Source: Octopus sinensis (taxonomy: Eukaryota). Taken from it: a DNA stretch of 64,000 bases. Position 1 is the first letter of the stretch. The number at the start of each line of letters is the position of its first letter. The position numbers and the translations under genes were made by a program. This document shows positions 53,004 through 64,000 of the stretch, piece by piece. A model generated the notes under the pieces. It saw only the letters and a program-made list of their open reading frames with translations. It had not been told where the DNA came from and searched no databases. The stretch spans positions 57,040,001-57,104,000 of the forward strand of contig NC_043001.1 of the NCBI RefSeq assembly GCF_006345805.1, given 5' to 3'.

Positions 53004-55002
53004 TTCCTTAAAGGATTTTGTGATACAAACTTACCGAAATCTTGACACGGACGATTGAGAAGTATTCTTACAAATTATGTCTAGTTATGTCTTCCACATT
53101 ACTGTAGCGTCTCAAACGTATATTTTTGCTACAGATTTCCTTATGTAATAATTATGCTTTCCACAGATTTCCTTATATAATGTTCAGGATACGACATTAT
53201 TTCATAGGTAAGTAATAATGGGAGAACATTATCGGGGACCTATTAATGAAGCGGTTGATATCTTAAAAGTCAATTTCACAGAGCCTGCTTCGGCTGTATG
53301 TATGTATGTATGTATATATGTATGTATGCATGTACAGAAGTCAGTGATGGATGATTATACCTGATCAAAGAGACATGGCAGCAAGCGTTTCATTTGTAGA
53401 CATCAAAATTTCAAAACTTATTACAAAGCAGTTATTCAAAATGTGAAATTTAAAACTGAAGATCTCACTAACATTGTTAGCGAGTCGAATTACCGCTGAC
53501 TGGTTCGTGAAAATATAGTTTTCCATACTGGAAAATCACTACAATACTCATTGCTTCAATGGTATGTAGTTCACTGACTCCTATTGAAGAGGAGGGAGGC
53601 AAAGGATGGTGGGAGACTTGAACATAAAACTGAAAGGTACGAATCTAAATATCGCTCTGTGCATAGGAAAGTGATTCACCAGGCCTATAATCCCGTTCTT
53701 TTTTAGTTCTTCAATTATAATTAATTTCTTAATTAACATTTAACCGCATTCAGCCACCTGGTGCCAATAATTAAGAGAACCTTCATCCATAAAAATACAC
53801 GTCACACACTTTTGGATGTGTCTGTAATTGAAGATAGAACCAAAACTAATTACAATGTATAGAATTTTTAAATAGCAGACTGACATAGTTTTAAATTTCA
53901 AAAGTTGTGGTAGTTTTATATTTATTTTTTCTTTGAAATTATTTATTATTATTATTATTTTCGAATCAAACTTCTGAAATCCAGACTTGAGATTCCAAAG
54001 TGCAGAGGGAGCCAAATGGAAATGTTCAAAGACTGATTGAAATCAAGAAATAACAATATTTTTTATGGAAAGTATCAATTCTTTAGGAAATGAGAATTCC
54101 AAAGGATACACACACACAAGCGCACGCAAACAAATAAACACACAAACACACACACACACATGTATACAGCACGCACAGACACATAGAGCATGGACTTTTA
54201 TGTTCATTCATAACATTCTCTAGAAAAGCTGGTGCATTCGAACGCATTCGCCTCTCCTCCTTTCTCATTCTCTTGCTCCTCATACTCTTTTATTTTTTAG
54301 TTGTTTCTTTATTTCTTTGTTAGTTTCTCTCACTCCCTCTTTGTTCTGCGCTTCCTTTTCGAAATTTCATTTCAACTTCACTCATTATATCACTGCCTCT
54401 CTTCCTTTTCATCTCTACCACTCTTGATCTCTCTGTTCTCTCCTTGTCGCTATCAATTCTAACTTTATTAAAGAATATCCCTTCACTTTCACAACTCCCC
54501 CCCACTTTACCTCTCTTTCTCTCATCCCATACTTTCTCACTCTTTCATTTCCTCTATCTCTCGCTATCTCTCTGCAATTTATCATTCAATATATGCTACT
54601 TGTCTTTAATCATCTCTATTCACTTCCCCCCCTTGTCTTTATCTCTATCTTCATTGTTTCTCTCAGTGTCCTTCCTACCTCCTGTATTCTATCTTAACTC
54701 CTGCAGTTATCAGTGATTTCTTTGTCAACGATCCCTCGCTATTTGGTTCCCATAGCAACAAAGAAAACAGTTTAAACATGCATGTGTACATGTATACGTA
54801 TATGTATGTATGTGTGTATGTATTTAAGTATGTATGTATGTATGTATGTTGTATATATATATATAATATTATATATATATACATATATATATATATAATA
54901 TAATATATATATTATATATATATATATAGATATATATATATATATATATAAGAGAGAGAGATGCGTCTGTGTCTGTATCTGTGTGTGTATATATATATAT
55001 AC

Positions 55003-55037
<35 letters not shown>

Positions 55038-55069
55038 TCTGTCTGTATATATGTATACACACAAACACG

Positions 55070-55101
<32 letters not shown>

Positions 55102-55439
55102 CATAATACATACATATATACATGCGCACACATATATACATGTGCTTAATCATACATGATCATACATACGTACATGCAGACATGTACAGACAAACGCGTA
55201 TGTATATGCACATACGCACACTCACATAGGTATATAGATATATATTGACACACATGCACGCATACACACGCACATATGTGCAAGCGCTCACACGCACACT
55301 CATTTTTATTTTATTTGCACTTTATAAATTTGTTTATAATATTTTATAAATAATTTTATCATCGGCGCCATTATTAAGAGAACCACGAGAAAAGTCATGC
55401 ACCTATCCCCACCATTCCCATCATCTACAAGACTGCCAC

Positions 55440-55857
55440 AGCGCCAACAAGCCACCGGCACCACCACCACCACCACCACCATCACTAGTATCACCAACGC
55501 ACTCACCATCTAACATACACTCTCACCAACACTACTCACACCACCACTGATGCAGTTCTCACGATTATGACGATGATGATGATCATCATCATTATCATTA
55601 ACATCATCCTTACCCTTCCCTTCTCCTCCTCTTCCTTATCATCATCTTTATCGTCGCCGTTGTCATTGTCAACATCATCATCACCAACATCGTCATCTTC
55701 GTCATCGTCGTCATCATCATCGTTATCGTCACCATCTTCATCATCATCATTATCATCATCATCATCACCGTTACCGTTGTCAACATCATCATCACCATCA
55801 TCGTCATCATCGTCATCGTCGTCATCATCAGCATCATCATCGCTATCGTCACCATCT

Positions 55858-55888
<31 letters not shown>

Positions 55889-58274
55889 CATCATTGTCAT
55901 CATCATCACCATCATATTCATCATCATCACCACCAGCACCATCATCATAATAATCATCACCATCATCTTTGTTCTGATCATTATTGTTCGACAATATCGT
56001 GACCAGCTCCGTACTTGCCCGGCACCTACCACCATCGTGAATTTCCCCACCGTCCCTACGACGACCACCCACGAATTCCATGTCAATTTAACCAATACTA
56101 CTGTCACCAACACTAATAGGCACAACCCCGCGCCTCCACTACCATCCTCACCACTAACACGAATGACAATACCACAATCACCTATTGCTTTTTGCTACCT
56201 CAACAACTCCACCACACTCACCACCACCACCACCACCACTACCAACAACAACAACAACAACACCTCCACCAACATTTCCCCAATAGTCATCTCCTGCAAC
56301 GCACCCTCACTCACCACTACCACCACCACCACCACCACCACCACCTTCTCACCATCATTACCATCACCCCCATCACTACCATCTCCATCACCACTACTAG
56401 CAGAAACAGCAGCACCTCTACGAAAAGCACAACGACGTCTACCAGCAATATTACGTTACAATCATAATGCAACACAGAAACATAAGTATATGATAGAGTG
56501 TAGTTGATTTGATATAAAATTCCAGAGTATTACTGGTACATATTAAATGAAGCGCCAATTAATTGGAAGCGAAATCCATTTGAGCAGGTTCAGATGTAAC
56601 GATTCAATGGATCAACAGATTTAGCTCAGCAGACGTAATTCTACGATCAATCATATAGCGAATCACTGGGTTTCACATGCAACAAACACCTTGTCTTATA
56701 TGCATGTGTTTCGTTATTATTTATCGATGTCTTTGATGTTGCACTTGTTGTTATCGTTGCTATTGTTTTTTCATAATAACAGTTAATCATGATGAGCATA
56801 TTGGTGCTAAAATGATTATGGCGACGACAACGGTTGTAGTATGGGCGTTGGTGGTTGTTGTGTTGGTTGCGAGCAAGATGATGATGATGATGGTGATGGT
56901 GGTGATGGTGGTGATAATACTGACAAAGATGAGGGCAATGGGGACAATTACAATGATGATGATGATGATGATGATGATGACAATGATGATGTTGATGATG
57001 GTGATAGTGATGATAATGCTAACAAAAACGAGGGTAATGGGAACAATTACAATGATGATGATGATGATGATGATGATGACGATGATGACGACGACAACGA
57101 CAACTATAATGATCACGACCACGGGGCGAAGACGATGACGAGGACGTCGATGATCATGAACTTGATGACGATGACGACGACACAAAGACAATGGTTATGA
57201 TGCTGATGATAATGATAACAACGACGACGACGACGACCACGACAATGACAACGATAACGACGACGAACACATGACGACGATGAAGGTATTGATAACGGTG
57301 ACAAGAACTTGAAAAGATGTGAAGAAGAGGACATGGATAACGAAGAGCACGATGACGGCGGTGCTGTTTCACCGATTATGATGACGACGAAGAGGATAGC
57401 TCCGGCGATGGCGCAACCACGGACAACGACGACGACGATGATGATGAGGAGGAGGTGGAGGGGGTAGAGGAGCAGGTGGAAGAAGAAGTAGACGAGAGCG
57501 ATGATATTAGGAAGGAAGAATTGCACAAAGAAGAGGATAAGGATTGCATTGATGATTATTATGATAATCACGACGGCGAAGCAGATAACGATGATAGCAA
57601 TGAGGAGAGGGTAACTGAGGAGGTGGGGATAGAATGATGGTAATAACGACGACAATTAACAATGCAATAACAAAATTCTAGAACTTGAACGAAGAAAATC
57701 AATATATTTATTGGAAATAAAAATAACGAAAGCAATATAAAAAAAAACACCAACAACTTTATTATGACACTACAACAAAATGCTTCTAATTTATCTTCTG
57801 TTTCTTTGTGTGTGTTTGTGCTATGTATATGTGTGTGTGAATATGACTGTGTATCTCTGTATGTATGAAAATTTGCGTGTGTGAGTATGTGATTGTTGAA
57901 TATGATTATGTGATGGTCTATGTGTATATGTCTGTGTTTGTGACTGTGTGTTTGCGCGCAGTGTGTGACCACCAACCTGTGTTTGTATGTGTGGGTGTTT
58001 GTCTTTGTGCATGAGTGTTGTGTGTGTGTGTGTGTGTGTGTGTTGTTTACTGTGTGTGCGTGTATGTGCTTAATATATATGAAAAAGAAAAGCTATTGTT
58101 TACATGCCCCCCCACCACTACCGAACCTAACTTCACTTTTAAATAGAAAACGATGTTTTCTATAAATTATTGTTTCAATCTCTTTGTTTGTTCAATTATT
58201 TTATTAGCATCATCGTCGCCGACATCATCATCAGCAACATCTTTGTTATTATTATTATTATTACCACAGCTACA

Positions 58275-58309
<35 letters not shown>

Positions 58310-58570
58310 ACTACTACTACTACTACTACTATTATTATTATTATTATTATTACTATCATCATCATCATCATCATCATCATCATGAACACCATGGTTGTCG
58401 TCATCATCATCATCATCATCATCCAATTCTTTATCAGCACTAAAATCATGTTCAACGCAATGATCGTCATTATAGTAATATTTCGCTTATAATTATCTTC
58501 CTCTTTCACATTTCGACATTAACCACATCACTCCACCCCCACCCCACCACCATCATCATCATCATCATCA
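55440..58570. repeat. Extended mixed trinucleotide field (CAC, CAT/CGT, GAT/GAC, TAC, TAT) with internal ~100-bp duplications
   Basis: Direct reading; it produces the poly-D/S/M/H/T ORFs in all frames. Confidence 0.85.
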
Positions 58571-59395
58571 TCGCTCTCTCCTCGGTCGCCTTTGTTCAAA
58601 TGTGACTTTTCGTACAAATATCAATTCTGCTTCTAGTTTTCGGTTGATGTTCTTATTGTTATTTTCTGAATATTATGTTCTTAGATTCATATTTGTTTAC
58701 ATTATTTACATAATTTTATATTCATACAAAGATTTTTAAATATTTTTTCAAATTTTTATATGCATACAAACATACCAGCACACACATACTTAAATATATA
58801 TTTATTTAAACATATATTTTCGTGTTTATATAATTTAAATACGTTTATATTATTTATATAGTTAGAAAAAAATCAATTGATTAGAAAAGTCTTTAATTCA
58901 TACTTGTTTCGTTTCCTCTTCTTTTGTTTTTCTAGAGGCGTTTGAATTAAGTAGTTTTCGAAGAAAGCAGCAGAATGAAGAAAGAATGAAATACACTCAC
59001 ACATATACACACATATGTATATTTATCCATGTATGCTTACACATATACATGATTACATATAAACGTATATATATGTATATATATGTATATATATGTATAT
59101 ATATATATATAATATTATTATATAATAATATACTGTGTGTGTCTGTGTGTGTGTTTCTTAGAAATGGATGTGTATACATGTATGCAAGTACATACAGATA
59201 TGTATATACACGCTCATTTGTCTGTCTGTCCATCTGTCCGGCTATCCGTCTGTTGTGTGTGTATGTAAGAATCTATTTATGTAAACATTTATGTATTTAA
59301 GTATGTATGGATATATATGTATAAACATATGTACATAAATATAAATATATATGTAGAAGGTTGAAAAGTAACACATGAGTTAATATGTATAAGGA

Positions 59396-59782
59396 ACATT
59401 TTATCATTAAGAATGTTTTAGTACCGGTTTCAGCCTTTTCGACTTTTTCAACTTAAAGCATGAAAAACAATTAAATTGTGGAAGAATTAAATAAAGTGTT
59501 TTTTAAAAATATTTCCCTAGACTTGAAATAGGGAGGACATTTTCCTTTTTTTTCGTCTTTCTCTCTTTTATTTTTGTGCTGGCTTGGTATGTAGTAGCAG
59601 ATCTGAATAAATAAATGAATAAATAAATAAATAAATAAAACGGAAAATGTCACACCTATTTCAAGACTATGGAAATATTTAAAAAAAGTATTTAATTAAA
59701 TTTAATGTCTTTTGTTACATTATTCTATGTTGAAAAGTCTAAAAGGCTGAAACCGGTGCAAAAATGTTCTTCCTGATAAAGT
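59396..59782. repeat. Imperfect foldback (~150-bp arms); each arm carries a hammerhead-like motif
   Basis: gtaccggtttcagccttttcgactttttcaac (59421-59452) versus gttgaaaagtctaaaaggctgaaaccggtgc (59728-59758), and aaatatttccctagacttgaaataggg..acattttcc versus ggaaaatgt..cctatttcaagactatggaaatattt. Confidence 0.8.
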
Positions 59783-59814
59783 CATTTTAGCAATTTCTAC
59801 ATTGTCTTATTATC

Positions 59815-59888
<74 letters not shown>

Positions 59889-59991
59889 TGTATGTATATA
59901 TGTGTGTGTGTGTGTTTGTGTGCGGGAAATATGTGTGTGCGTATATATAATGTGTGTATATATACATATGTGTGTATATGTACATGTATGT

Positions 59992-60077
<86 letters not shown>

Positions 60078-60086
60078 ATATATATA

Positions 60087-60430
60087 GGCGCAGGCGTGGC
60101 TGTGTGGTAAGTAGCTTGATTACCAATCAACATGCGTGGCACTTTGGGCAAGTGTCTTCTACTATAGCCTCGGGCCGACCAAAGCATTTTGAGTGTATTT
60201 GGTAGACGGAAACAGAAAGAAACCCGTCGTATATACCTATATATGTGTGTATGTGTGCGTGCGCTTGTGCGTTTGTGATTATCCCCCCCCCCATCGCTTG
60301 ACATCCGATGCTGGTGTATTTACATCTCTGTAACTTAGCATTTCGGCAAAACACACTGACAGAATAAGTACTAGGTTTGCAAAGAATAAGTCCATGGCCG
60401 CAGTCAAATGACTGTAACAAATAGCTGAAT
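60087..60430 (+). mobile_element. Composite tRNA-derived SINE
   Basis: ggcgcaggcgtggctgtgtggtaag head, ttgggcaagtgtcttctactatagcctcgggccgaccaaagc domain, internal microsatellite, and tail. Confidence 0.8.
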
Positions 60431-61130
60431 AAATGAATATACATACATGCATCACACATGCGTGTGAAAATATGTCAGGCACAAACATGCATACATACAT
60501 ATATATATATATGCATGCGTGTGTGCGTGCGCGCGCGCGTGTTTTTTGTGTGTGTTTGCTATTATTTATCTGCAAAAAGTTACAGGATGCCTTAGGAGCC
60601 GAGAGTCTAGCGTGTTGACCAGTGCCAACGTACGTAACTTTCGGCCCTTGAATCATTCTGCAGTTTCAGCCGATTACTAATAAGAAACGTAAATACACTC
60701 CACTGTTTAATGCTACGCAAAACGCTAATCTTCACTTGAGCGTCGTCCCCTGCTTCTCTCTTTTCACTTTCTATCTCTCCTTTCCTCTCTCATCACCTTA
60801 GCTCTCTGTGCTTTTCTCTCCTTGTGACCTCTGCCACTTTTTCTCTCACCTCCCACTAACTATGTGACCTGTGACCATATCCCTTTCTCTTTTCAACTGC
60901 ATTTTCCCGCTTGATCGCCGACTCATGCCCCTTGCTTTCTTTATTTTCCTGATTGTTTTTGTTTTTTTCCCCGCCGTTTGTTCATTTTACTTTTTGTTCT
61001 ATCTTTTCATCGTTCGCATATTATAGGTCATTTTTCATTGCGTTATGTATATACAATCCTGTCTTTCTCAGAACCCCACGGATTGTATTTCGTTTGTATA
61101 ACGTATACTTTATTTTATTCTCTTATTCTT

Positions 61131-61339
61131 TTACTGGTTTCAGTCATTTAACTGCGACCATGCTGGAGCACCGCTTTTACTCGAATGAATCGAGCCCAGC
61201 ACTTATTCTTTGCAGGCCTGGTGCTTATTCTCTTGGTTCTTTTGCCGAACCACTAAGTTATGGGTAAGTAAACACACCAACATCGTTTGTCAAGCAATGC
61301 TGGGGGAACGAACACAGACACACAAACACACACACACAC

Positions 61340-61387
<48 letters not shown>

Positions 61388-61548
61388 CTACCAGCTTCTT
61401 TCAGTTTCCGTCTACCAAATCCACTCATAAGGCTTTGACCGGCCCGAGGCTATTGTACAAGACACTTGCCCAAAATTCCATGCAGCGGGACTGAATCCAG
61501 AACCATGTTACTGGGAAGAAAGTTTCTTACTGCACAGCCACGCCTGTG
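61131..61548 (-). mobile_element. Composite tRNA-derived SINE (same family, minus strand)
   Basis: Reverse complement of the 60087-60430 family, including the head cacaggcgtggctgtgcagtaag and an internal (CA)n/(TA)n tract. Confidence 0.8.
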
Positions 61549-61869
61549 ACTATTTTGTTTGTATATTTACATTTACACAAGTATCGTGTTCGTATTTGTT
61601 TCGGTCACTGTGACCATCATTCCCCTAATATTGCTAGCAGCTATTCGCTATTGACACCACAGAAAATGAACAATATTATCGTTCAAGGAGTGAAATTGTA
61701 ATGATTTTCAGGACGATAACTAACGAAGGAAGAGTATGTCCAGGTCATTTGTGTGAATTTTCCGTTCCTCCCATGTTGTGTTTCTGTTTAAGTTATGGAA
61801 ACTTATATGTGTGTGCGTATGTGCGTTTGTATATGTATATATGCATGTTTGTATGCATATATATATATA

Positions 61870-61942
<73 letters not shown>

Positions 61943-61946
<4 letters not shown>

Positions 61947-62132
61947 AAGGTGTTTATAAGCCATTGAAGAAACACAAAATATGTTAGATTCACTAACGTA
62001 TTTTGTGTGTTTCTTCAATGGCTTATAAACTGCTTCCACGCTGCAATTGTTTTCGTTCCGGCACACGATCACAGATCAGGTCACTTGCTATGCAAGTACA
62101 TCTCCGTAATATATTATATATATATATATATA

Positions 62133-62175
<43 letters not shown>

Positions 62176-62336
62176 GAAGGTGTTTATAAGCCATTGAAGA
62201 AACACAAAATATGTTAGATTCACTAACGTATTTTGTGTGTTTCTTCAATGGCTTATAAACTGCTTCCACGCTGCAATTGTTTTCGTTCCGGCACACGATC
62301 ACAGATCAGGTCACTTGCTATGCAAGTACATCTCCG

Positions 62337-62340
<4 letters not shown>
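61943..62340. repeat. Tandem duplication (230-bp period) of a unit containing a 97-nt near-perfect hairpin
   Basis: Hairpins at 61943-62039 and 62173-62269, each followed by the same ~70-nt tail and a TA/TG microsatellite. Confidence 0.9.
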
Positions 62341-62376
<36 letters not shown>

Positions 62377-62930
62377 CACTATATACATATGTATATGATT
62401 GCAAATGCGTGTGTACATATGTGTGTGCGTGTGTGTGTGTGCGTGCGAGCATATACCAGTTTACATCAATATAAACTTGTCTGTTTCCGTCTATATACGC
62501 TTTTGTATACAAAAACAAGTTTGATCAAATGTTTTAATACATGAACAAAAAGATAAGATGGAGAAAAAGAACAAAACACCCTTTCATAGATAAAATGATA
62601 AGTCAGAATCGTACCCTTCTTCCAAAGTTTGAAGAACAAAAGAAGATTTACCATGCTTGAAAAGAAATATCTGGTGAATTTTAAAGTTTATTGTCACCAT
62701 TGATCATTTTAATGGCGATAATAGCATCAAACAGTCTAAGAGTTACAGAGAAAAAGCATGTGGATTAGAGAGAGATAATAAAATGGCTAGGTTACACTGA
62801 ACATACCAATATCTTCTAAACCCACCCATATATCTGCCAGCGATACGCGATACAAATATTCTTAATTTTTTCGTATATATGTATGTACACATATGTGTAT
62901 GTGCGCGCGCGTGTGTTTTTGTGTTGTGTG

Positions 62931-63190
62931 AAGGCGTCTGGCCAAGTAGTTAGGATGTTGCACTCACGATCGCTAGATCGATTCCTTGTGCTGCCGGCGC
63001 GTTGTGTTCCTGAGCAAATCACTTCATTTTATGTTGCTCCAGTCACCACTTCGATCCGGCGGCATTGTTGGCTTGATCACCTAGCCAGCGGGGTGGCGTC
63101 ATTTGAAAGCTAAAACAATGTAAATGCACTCTATGACCAGCTATGTGTAACAATATCTGATAGCATGGTCGGTCACGTGGTCACTGATAT
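62931..63190 (+). mobile_element. tRNA-derived SINE of a further family
   Basis: aaggcgtctggccaagtagttagg head, ttgtgttcctgagcaaatcacttcatttt..gttgctccagtc central domain (also at 11920-11980, minus), tail cacctagccagcggggtggcgtcatttgaaagctaa. Confidence 0.7.
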
Positions 63191-63210
63191 CTAACTATCT
63201 ACATATATAT

Positions 63211-64000
63211 GTAAAAGTAAAAAATACAAACTGGGACAAGAACGTGAAACATTTAGAAGACGACACAAAAAACACGGACGGGACATTCGAAGCCTTCAAT
63301 CTTCAGTCAAGAACCAGATCATCTTCGCAATTTCGGCTGATTAATCTTGAGATTGCTCCGACGTGGGCAGCCCCAAAGGAAAATCTAATGCGCTCGGCTT
63401 AGATTTTCCTTTGGGGCTGCCCACGTCCTTGGAAGAAAGCCTCGAATGTATAAAAAACAAGGACGGAAAACGGACGATGTTACACGAATAAAAATACAAA
63501 AATACATAAAAACAATAATGATAGCACGAATAAGAATACAAAAATACGTACAAACAATAATGATAATAATAACAACAAAACCAGGACGTCACAGACAAGC
63601 GTCTTTTCGACAGGACGAGTAAAGTTTTGAACTGGCGTTAGAAGAGAGCCTTAAGGCTACAGAGAGACAAACAAGTGTGTCTTGCCACAACGACTGCTGG
63701 ACGCGAAAGGACAGCAGTCGGTGGATGGTCACGTGATGGAAAGAAAGAGGAAAAAGAGGGACAGATGAAGAGAGAAAGAAGGGGAACAAGGAACAAAGGA
63801 GGAGAAGAAAGAGAGAGAAAGAGACAGATCAAGTGGAGTGCAAAGTGTGAAAGGCAGAGAAATGTAGGAGAGGGGGGAGAGAGACAGTGTTGTAGAGTCG
63901 TACCATGTGTTTAAGAATATATACTTACGTATAGGGTCAAAAAGGGGTACGTCGCCGCTTATGTAAGAGTAAAAAAATACAAACTGGGACAAGAATGTGA
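63211..64000. repeat. Head-to-tail repeat (~753-bp period, runs off the window) containing a 29-bp perfect hairpin
   Basis: tacaaactgggacaagaa.gtga occurs at 63225 and 63978. Inverted arms lie at 63360-63388 and 63399-63427. Confidence 0.65.

Overview
Repeat-saturated, AT-rich animal genomic DNA. The tRNA-headed SINE families, R4/Dong-type LINE pieces and extreme (TA)n/(CA)n/(AAT)n/(GAT)n density point to an octopus-like cephalopod intergenic or intronic region (inference, not a database match). No host protein-coding gene, tRNA, rRNA or CRISPR array can be supported, and most listed ORFs are microsatellite translations. Recognisable coding remnants are all transposon-derived: R4/Dong-like RLE LINE fragments (1-7110), two Helitron RepHel remnants plus a non-autonomous Helitron, a full-length decayed DD34D mariner with TIRs, two further mariner fragments, and a Neptune-like Penelope GIY-YIG fragment joined to an inverted N-terminal piece. 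The most notable signal is non-coding: several unrelated repeat families carry type I hammerhead ribozyme (HHR) motifs. The best case is a retrozyme-like locus at 38330-38974, where a canonical HHR and a second copy of its cleavage site define a 475-nt structured monomer. Other highlights are an HHR-bearing tRNA-headed SINE, a candidate U3:A8 variant HHR in a foldback, a five-unit SINE-derived array with a dimeric higher-order repeat, and several long hairpins. All structures were folded by eye and none has been tested.
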